Source of the DNA: a candidate division WOR-3 bacterium
Lineage (GTDB): Bacteria; Hydrothermota; 32-111
Reading direction: 5' to 3'
Assembly (NCBI GenBank): GCA_039804105.1
Contig: JBDRZU010000001.1
Location: 736,001-800,000, forward strand
Length of the DNA: 64,000 nucleotides
The position numbers and the translations under genes are program-made. Positions 58,262 to 64,000 of this stretch are shown piece by piece; position 1 is the first letter of the stretch; the number at the start of each line of letters is the position of its first letter. The notes beneath the pieces were generated by a model. The model ran no database searches, was not told the DNA's origin, and saw nothing but the letters and a program-made list of their open reading frames with translations.

Positions 58262-60551
58262 AAATATTTTTCACAAAATAAAATTTTAAATCCTTTTTAA
58301 CCTTTTGAGGTATCTTTAATAAATTTGATCTATTTTTTTCTGGAATGATTATATTTTTGATTCCATCTATCTGTGCAGCAACAATTTTCTCGAACAAACC
58401 ACCAACGGGCAGAACGTTTCCAGTCAGGGTTATCTCTCCCGTCATCGCAAAATCACCTTCAACAGGTTTTTTAGTTAAAGCTGAGATCAATGATACAACT
58501 AGTGTTATACCTGCAGATGGTCCATCTTTAGGTATCGCTCCCTCGGGAATGTGTATATGTGTATCAAATTTTTTATAGAATTCAGGATCTATGCCAAACA
58601 GATGACAATTTTTTCTTAAATAACTTATCGCAGTTGTTGCTGATTCTTTCATAACTTCACCAAGTTGTCCAGTTAACTGAACATTTCCATTACCTTCCAA
58701 GATAACCGTTTCAACAGTCAAAACTTTTCCTCCATTTGGAGTCCAAGCAAGTCCGTTAACAATTCCAGGTATATTCCTCTTTTCTTTTGTTCTTTCAATA
58801 TAAAGCTCAGGTCCAAGATATTTAACAACTTCATCTCTTCCAATTTTTTTATTTTTTATTTTTTCACCGATTGCTATCTCTTTTGCCCTTTTACCCATTA
58901 TTGTCTGTATATTTTTTTCAAGGCCTCTTATTCCAGCCTCTGGAGCATAATTTCGTATTATTTTTACTATAGCTTCATTTTCAAACTTTATATCGTCTTT
59001 TTTTAATCCTGATCTTTTCATCATTCTGGGAATCAAAAATTTTTTTGAGATCTCCACTTTCTCAAATTCAAGATATCCTGGAATCTCTATTATCTCCATT
59101 CGATCGCGTAAAGCTGGAGGAATCGTATGTACAACGTTAGCAGTACAGATGAAAAGAACTTTTGAAAGATCATATTCAACCTCAAGATAGTTATCCGAAA
59201 AACTGTTGTTTATCTGTGGATCAAGTATTTCAAGAAAAGCATTCGAAGGATCTCCCCTGTAATCTCCACCAAGTTTATCTATCTCATCAAGCATAAACAC
59301 GGGATTTATAACTCCTGCTCTCTTCATCATCTGAATTATCCTACCAGGCATAGCACCAACATAAGTTCTTCGATGGCCCTTTATCTCCGATTCATCCTTA
59401 ATTCCACCAAGAGAAATCCTTACAAATTTTCTTCCCATAGCTTCAGCTATCGATTGGCCAAGTGAAGTTTTTCCAACTCCGGGAGCTCCAAGAAAACATA
59501 GTATATGACCTTTGCTATCATTTGATAACTTTAAAACTGAAAGATATTCAAGAATCCTTTCTTTTACCTGAGTCAGTCCATAATGATTTTTAGTGAGAAT
59601 TTTTTTTGCAAGTTTGATATCAAGATTATCCTGCGTAATCTTTTTCCATGGAAGAGAAAGAAGCCAGTCGAGATAATTCTTAATTATATTGTATTCTGGT
59701 GAATATGTTGTCAAGGTTTTCAATCTGTTCACTTCTTCAAGTGCCTTTTCTTTTGCATTATCACTTAAATCGGATTTTAAAATTTTTGTTTTTATCTTTG
59801 AAAATTCATCTTCCTGTTCAAAAGAACATCCAAGTTCTCTGTTGATTATTCTCAACTGTTCTTTAAGAAAAGATTTTCTTGCATACTCTTTACTTCTTTC
59901 AATAACCTCATCGTATATTCTCTTTTCGATTTTTTTCTTTTCAATTTCCTCATTGATAAATACAAGAAGTTTTTTGATACGAGTTTCAATATCCGTTTCA
60001 ACGATAAAGCTGTTAAAGGATTGCTCATCAAGATCTATCAAAGAAACCAACTCTTCGGAAAGTAAAAACAGATTTTTTTCTGAATTAACTTTGTAAAGAG
60101 AATCGTAATAAGTTTTATTAAGGTTTGATAGTTCTTTAAAGTTCTTTTTTAAAAGATTCAAATATACTTCAGCAAGATTTTCATCTTTTATCTCTTTAAA
60201 ATAAACTCTTTCACATTTAACCTTTTTATAAGTGTTGTAATCTATAACTTTTGTAATCTTAACATAATCAACAGTAGAAACAAACAATCTTAAAACTTGC
60301 TCACTAATATTTTCTTTCTTCAACACTTTCAAAAGTAAACCTGATACATGTTCATTATCAAAACATTTTAAAACTATAAATTCCCCTTCAGAGATTTCAA
60401 TTTTATGAAAATCGATATCTACTCTATCGATAAGATCAATTTTCTTTAGAGTTTGTAATGAAAATTTCTGAGCATTCTTTTTAAATGAGAAATCGATTAA
60501 AAGAAATAACGAATCATAGGAAAAATTTTCTTTTTCAACCATATCAACCAT
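58236..60551 (-). CDS. lon: ATP-dependent protease La
   Basis: [36 protein letters not shown] dyad. Confidence 0.95.
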   Translation of the reverse strand: MVDMVEKENFSYDSLFLLIDFSFKKNAQKFSLQTLKKIDLIDRVDIDFHKIEISEGEFIVLKCFDNEHVSGLLLKVLKKENISEQVLRLFVSTVDYVKITKVIDYNTYKKVKCERVYFKEIKDENLAEVYLNLLKKNFKELSNLNKTYYDSLYKVNSEKNLFLLSEELVSLIDLDEQSFNSFIVETDIETRIKKLLVFINEEIEKKKIEKRIYDEVIERSKEYARKSFLKEQLRIINRELGCSFEQEDEFSKIKTKILKSDLSDNAKEKALEEVNRLKTLTTYSPEYNIIKNYLDWLLSLPWKKITQDNLDIKLAKKILTKNHYGLTQVKERILEYLSVLKLSNDSKGHILCFLGAPGVGKTSLGQSIAEAMGRKFVRISLGGIKDESEIKGHRRTYVGAMPGRIIQMMKRAGVINPVFMLDEIDKLGGDYRGDPSNAFLEILDPQINNSFSDNYLEVEYDLSKVLFICTANVVHTIPPALRDRMEIIEIPGYLEFEKVEISKKFLIPRMMKRSGLKKDDIKFENEAIVKIIRNYAPEAGIRGLEKNIQTIMGKRAKEIAIGEKIKNKKIGRDEVVKYLGPELYIERTKEKRNIPGIVNGLAWTPNGGKVLTVETVILEGNGNVQLTGQLGEVMKESATTAISYLRKNCHLFGIDPEFYKKFDTHIHIPEGAIPKDGPSAGITLVVSLISALTKKPVEGDFAMTGEITLTGNVLPVGGLFEKIVAAQIDGIKNIIIPEKNRSNLLKIPQKVKKDLKFYFVKNIYETAKILF

Positions 60552-61725
60552 TTTTGAAAAATTCTTTGAGATCTTTTTCAGTGACTTTCACAACTTTTAT
60601 ATCATCCCTCTCAGGTATTTCAAACATTATATCAAGCATATACGATTCGATTATCGATTTCAAGCCCCTTGCTCCAGTTTTCTTCTCTTCTGCCTTTTTC
60701 GCTATAAAATCAAGAGCACCATCTGTGAACTCAAGTTTTTTCCCATCGAGTAAAAGAAGTTTTTCGTATTGTTTTATTATCGAATTTTCAGGTTCATATA
60801 AAATCTTTACAAGTTCTTCATGTGTGAGTTCAAAAAGTGGTGCTATTATTGGAAACCTTCCAATAAATTCAGGGATCATTCCAAAATTTATAAAATCCCT
60901 ATGTTCCACTTTTTTCAGAATCATCCTATCAAAATCATCTTTATCAAGGTTGTCACTTTTAAAACCAATCGTTGTTTTATCCATTCTTTCTTTGATTATC
61001 TGATCGATCGAATTGAACGCTCCACCAGCTATAAAAAGAATGTTGGTTGTATCAAGTTGAATATATTTTTGTTCAGGATGTTTTCTTCCACCATAGGGTG
61101 GAATGTTGGCTATAGTTCCCTCAAGTATTTTTAAAAGTGCCTGTTGAACACCTTCTCCAGAAACATCTCTTGTGATCGATGGATTTCCAGCGTTTTTGCT
61201 ACCTATCTTGTCAATCTCATCAATGTAACATATACCAACCTTTGCTCTTTCAAGATCAAAATCAGACGATATGATCAATCTCAAAAGAATGTTCTCTACA
61301 TCCTCTCCAACATACCCTGCTTCAGTTAAAGATGTTGCATCAGAGATCGAGAAAGGAACATCGAGAATCTGTGCCAAAGTTCTTGCGATAAGAGTTTTTC
61401 CAACTCCAGTAGGTCCAAAAAGTAGGATATTTGATTTTTCAATTCCGCCTTTAACTCCAAGTTTTATTCTTTTATAATGGTTGTAAACACCAACTGAAAC
61501 AACCTTTTTGGCATATTCCTGACCAACAATGTATTTATCAAGTTCATGTTTTATCTCTTTTGGAGTTGGAAGTTTTTTAATGATTAAACTATTCTTTTCA
61601 TTCTCTTCTTCTTTCTTTACGAGAAGACCAGCACACTGGAAACAGATTTTCTTGTTATTTATTACTATGTAATCAGAAGATATCTCTTTTAAACATTCTT
61701 CACATTGATTTTCATTTTTTTTCAT
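60544..61725 (-). CDS. clpX: Clp protease ATP-binding subunit ClpX
   Basis: C4 zinc motif, [33 protein letters not shown] loop. Confidence 0.96.
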   Translation of the reverse strand: MKKNENQCEECLKEISSDYIVINNKKICFQCAGLLVKKEEENEKNSLIIKKLPTPKEIKHELDKYIVGQEYAKKVVSVGVYNHYKRIKLGVKGGIEKSNILLFGPTGVGKTLIARTLAQILDVPFSISDATSLTEAGYVGEDVENILLRLIISSDFDLERAKVGICYIDEIDKIGSKNAGNPSITRDVSGEGVQQALLKILEGTIANIPPYGGRKHPEQKYIQLDTTNILFIAGGAFNSIDQIIKERMDKTTIGFKSDNLDKDDFDRMILKKVEHRDFINFGMIPEFIGRFPIIAPLFELTHEELVKILYEPENSIIKQYEKLLLLDGKKLEFTDGALDFIAKKAEEKKTGARGLKSIIESYMLDIMFEIPERDDIKVVKVTEKDLKEFFKNG

Positions 61726-62311
61726 TTACTTTCCTTGATGTTATCACACTATCTATGATTCCATAATCTTTTGCCTCATCAGCACTCATCCAAAAATCTC
61801 TATCAGAATCCACCTCTATCTGTTTCAAATCTTTTCCCGTATGAAGCGATATTATTTCGTTGAGTTTTTGTTTTATCCTTAAAATCTCCTTTGCATGTAT
61901 CTCTATATCTGATGCCTGTCCCTGAACTCCTCCCATCGGTTGATGTATGAGTATTCTTGAATTTGGTAAAGCGAACCTTTTTCCCTTTGCCCCAGCCATA
62001 AGTATAACAGCTGCCATGCTCGCTGCAACTCCCATACAAATCGTGGATACATCACATTTGATATACTGCATCGTATCATAGATTGCAAGTCCACTGCTTA
62101 CTATTCCACCGTTGGAGTTGATGTATAGATTTATATCTTTGTCAGGATTATCAGCTTCAAGAAACAACATCTGTGCTATGATCAGATTCGCTGTCTCATC
62201 ATCAATTGGACCACCAAGAAAAATTATCCTGTCAACAAGAAGTCGAGAATATATATCATATCCCCTTTCTCCTCTTCCCGTTCTTTCAACAACCATCGGA
62301 ATAAGAGTCAT
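61712..62311 (-). CDS. clpP: Clp protease proteolytic subunit
   Basis: [19 protein letters not shown]. Confidence 0.97.
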   Translation of the reverse strand: MTLIPMVVERTGRGERGYDIYSRLLVDRIIFLGGPIDDETANLIIAQMLFLEADNPDKDINLYINSNGGIVSSGLAIYDTMQYIKCDVSTICMGVAASMAAVILMAGAKGKRFALPNSRILIHQPMGGVQGQASDIEIHAKEILRIKQKLNEIISLHTGKDLKQIEVDSDRDFWMSADEAKDYGIIDSVITSRKVNEKK

Positions 62312-62330
62312 AAAAACTCCTTTTTTAATT

Positions 62331-63569
62331 TTAAACTATTTCCACTCTGCTGTTTATAAGATCCATCGCTTTATTATAGATTATTGATTTTTCAATTTCC
62401 TCCCTCACACCTTCATCATCTGCCATCTCTCTGACTTTTGAGTTTGGATGTTGTTTTATCTTGTTTATCTCATTCTGAATCTCTTCCTCCGTTGCTTTTA
62501 TATTTTCCTGCAGAGATATTCTTGTTAAAATTATCTCTCGTTTTGCTCTCCAGACAGCATAGTTCAAATAGAGTTCCTGAAGTTTTTCATCATTTTCAAA
62601 CTCTTTTCTACCAGAATTTTTCAAAGAGTTCAATATCGATTCAAGGTGCATCTGAACAAGTGATTTTGGGGGATCAAAAGGATTCTGTTCTATAATATAG
62701 TTTATGACCTTCTCTTCCTTTTCAAGTTCATAATCCCTGTTAATATCGTTTTCAAGCCTTTTTTTTGTGATATCTTTCAAACTCTGAAAACTTTCAAATC
62801 CAAAATTTTTAGCAAAAATTTCGTCATCGTTTTCAACAATTTTTCTTTTGACCTGTTTCACATCTATTCCTATCGTCACCTTCTTTCCTTTGAGTAACTC
62901 ATCCTGATAATCTTCAGGATACTGATAATCGAATACAACTTTATCTCCCTGTTTTTTACCTTTTAAATTTTCTATGAAAACAGGAAGTATTTCACCTTCT
63001 GTTAATTCAATTGAAAAATCTTTGTAACTTAAATCTTCTATCTCTTTTCCGTCTTGATCTTTAAAACTCAAATCGACTATAGCAATGTCTCCTATCTCGA
63101 TTTCACCTTCTTTATCCTCGATTTTTGCATAAAGATTTTTCAGAAGTTTTATGTTGTTCTGTATCATTTCTTCATCAACATCTTTCTTTTTAATATCGAT
63201 TTTTATTTTGTCATAATTTTTTATTTCGATCTCTGGATAGATGTCAAATTCTACAACAAAATTTATTTTTTCGATACCTTTTTCAACTTTAGAAACTACA
63301 GGTCTTGAAAGTATATGGAATTCTTTTTCTTTCAAAACATTCAAAAAACCTCTCTGAACAAGTTTTTCCTCTGTTTCCTCCTCTATCTGGGTTTTGTATT
63401 TACTTTCGATCAGGTTCTCTGGAACTTTGCCAGGCCTGAAACCATCAATTTTTACTTCATTTTTGATTTCCTGTAAAACTCTTTTGTACTCAGATAGAAA
63501 CTCTTCATTGGTGAAACTTATGTTAAGAATAACATGCCAGTTTTCCTTCTGTTCAAAATTGTATTCCAT
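62331..63569 (-). CDS. tig: Trigger factor
   Basis: GFRPGKVP signature; FKBP-like middle domain; upstream of clpPX. Confidence 0.93.
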   Translation of the reverse strand: MEYNFEQKENWHVILNISFTNEEFLSEYKRVLQEIKNEVKIDGFRPGKVPENLIESKYKTQIEEETEEKLVQRGFLNVLKEKEFHILSRPVVSKVEKGIEKINFVVEFDIYPEIEIKNYDKIKIDIKKKDVDEEMIQNNIKLLKNLYAKIEDKEGEIEIGDIAIVDLSFKDQDGKEIEDLSYKDFSIELTEGEILPVFIENLKGKKQGDKVVFDYQYPEDYQDELLKGKKVTIGIDVKQVKRKIVENDDEIFAKNFGFESFQSLKDITKKRLENDINRDYELEKEEKVINYIIEQNPFDPPKSLVQMHLESILNSLKNSGRKEFENDEKLQELYLNYAVWRAKREIILTRISLQENIKATEEEIQNEINKIKQHPNSKVREMADDEGVREEIEKSIIYNKAMDLINSRVEIV

Positions 63570-63588
63570 AAATACTCCTTATATTTTA

Positions 63589-63670
63589 TGCGAAAGGGGG
63601 GAGTTGAACCCCCACAGTGTTACCTACTGGATCCTAAGTCCAGCGCGTCTGCCAATTCCGCCACTTTCGC
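63589..63670 (-). tRNA. tRNA-Leu (anticodon TAG), CCA not encoded
   Basis: GCGAAAGTGGCGGAATTGGCAGACGCGCTGGACTTAGGATCCAG...GGGGGTTCAACTCCCCCCTTTCGCA cloverleaf with long variable arm. Confidence 0.95.
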
Positions 63671-63684
63671 GGATTTAATTTTTT

Positions 63685-63713
63685 ATTTTATATAAAAAAA
63701 TTATATATGTCAA
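63685..63713 (-). promoter_or_regulatory. Promoter of the tRNA-Leu/tig unit
   Basis: TTGACA-17 bp-TAAAAT. Confidence 0.7.
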
Positions 63714-63748
63714 TAATGATGGGAACTATGTAAAGTCAAAAAAACCAA

Positions 63749-64000
63749 TTATTTTACCCTATCAAGATTTTCCTTATATTTTTTTGTATCCTCGTTATTT
63801 TCTCCATTCTCTTTTTTAGATATATCGTAGGCCTTCTGGTAATACTTTTTAGCATCAGATTTTTTCCCTAACTTTTCATAAGCAAGACCCATATTGTTAT
63901 AAGTGTTTGCAAGTTCGATGTTGTTTTTCGATTTTTCAAAAATTTCAGCAGCTTTTTTGTAATATTCAAGTGCTTTGTTGTATTCCTCTGTATAGTCATA
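63749..64000 (-). CDS. TPR-repeat protein, C-terminal part (5' end outside window)
   Basis: Manual translation ...YNKALEYYKKAAEIFEK...LANTYNNMGLAYEKLGKKSDAKKYYQKAYDI...RVK-stop. Confidence 0.8.
   Translation of the reverse strand, partial: YDYTEEYNKALEYYKKAAEIFEKSKNNIELANTYNNMGLAYEKLGKKSDAKKYYQKAYDISKKENGENNEDTKKYKENLDRVK

Noticed and set aside
1550..63678. Numerous short plus-strand ORFs (e.g. 2864..3301, 9084..9515, 36772..37383, 60485..61003)
   Set aside because: Antisense to well-supported genes, with Ser/Ile/Phe-rich mirror composition and no motifs
63589..64000. tRNA-associated integration site or island
   Set aside because: No integrase or duplicated tRNA 3' end seen; tRNA-Leu upstream of tig is ordinary synteny
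1..64000. CRISPR arrays, IS elements, prophage or defence genes
   Set aside because: No regularly spaced repeats, transposase, integrase or phage-like ORFs seen by eye; intergenic gaps are short

Overview
AT-rich bacterial chromosome segment with almost all genes on the minus strand. C-terminal sorting-domain proteins and gene content hint at an FCB-related lineage such as WOR-3/TA06, but this is inference only. Housekeeping blocks: tRNA-Leu-tig-clpP-clpX-lon-ktrBA; an FMN-riboswitch-controlled ribD-ribE-ribBA-ribH-nusB...nadC-birA-ruvX-mltG run; ffs-dnaX-ybaB-recR; and rplM-rpsI-rpsB-tsf-pyrH-frr-uppS-cdsA-dxr-rseP. Two poorly characterised systems stand out. (1) An approximately 12.5-kb operon: orphan gcvPB, a small conserved protein, a GlmL/MutL-type ASKHA ATPase with no mutase nearby, a lipoyl/RnfC-like sandwich protein, two tandem copies of a four-gene DUF6754 membrane module, a lipoate ligase and a DUF4388 protein. 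(2) A Dif-like chemosensory operon (receptor-cheW-cheY-cheA-cheC, no cheR/cheB). Its soluble receptor has two degenerate MCP signalling domains fused to a family-5 peptide-binding domain. The operon continues into TPR, DUF4388 and three roadblock proteins, including an MglB with no adjacent MglA. A c-di-GMP module is also present (large PAS/GAF kinase, REC-degenerate HD-GYP protein, convergent diguanylate cyclase). No CRISPR array or mobile element was seen. All family assignments are by eye from motifs; no database searches were run.
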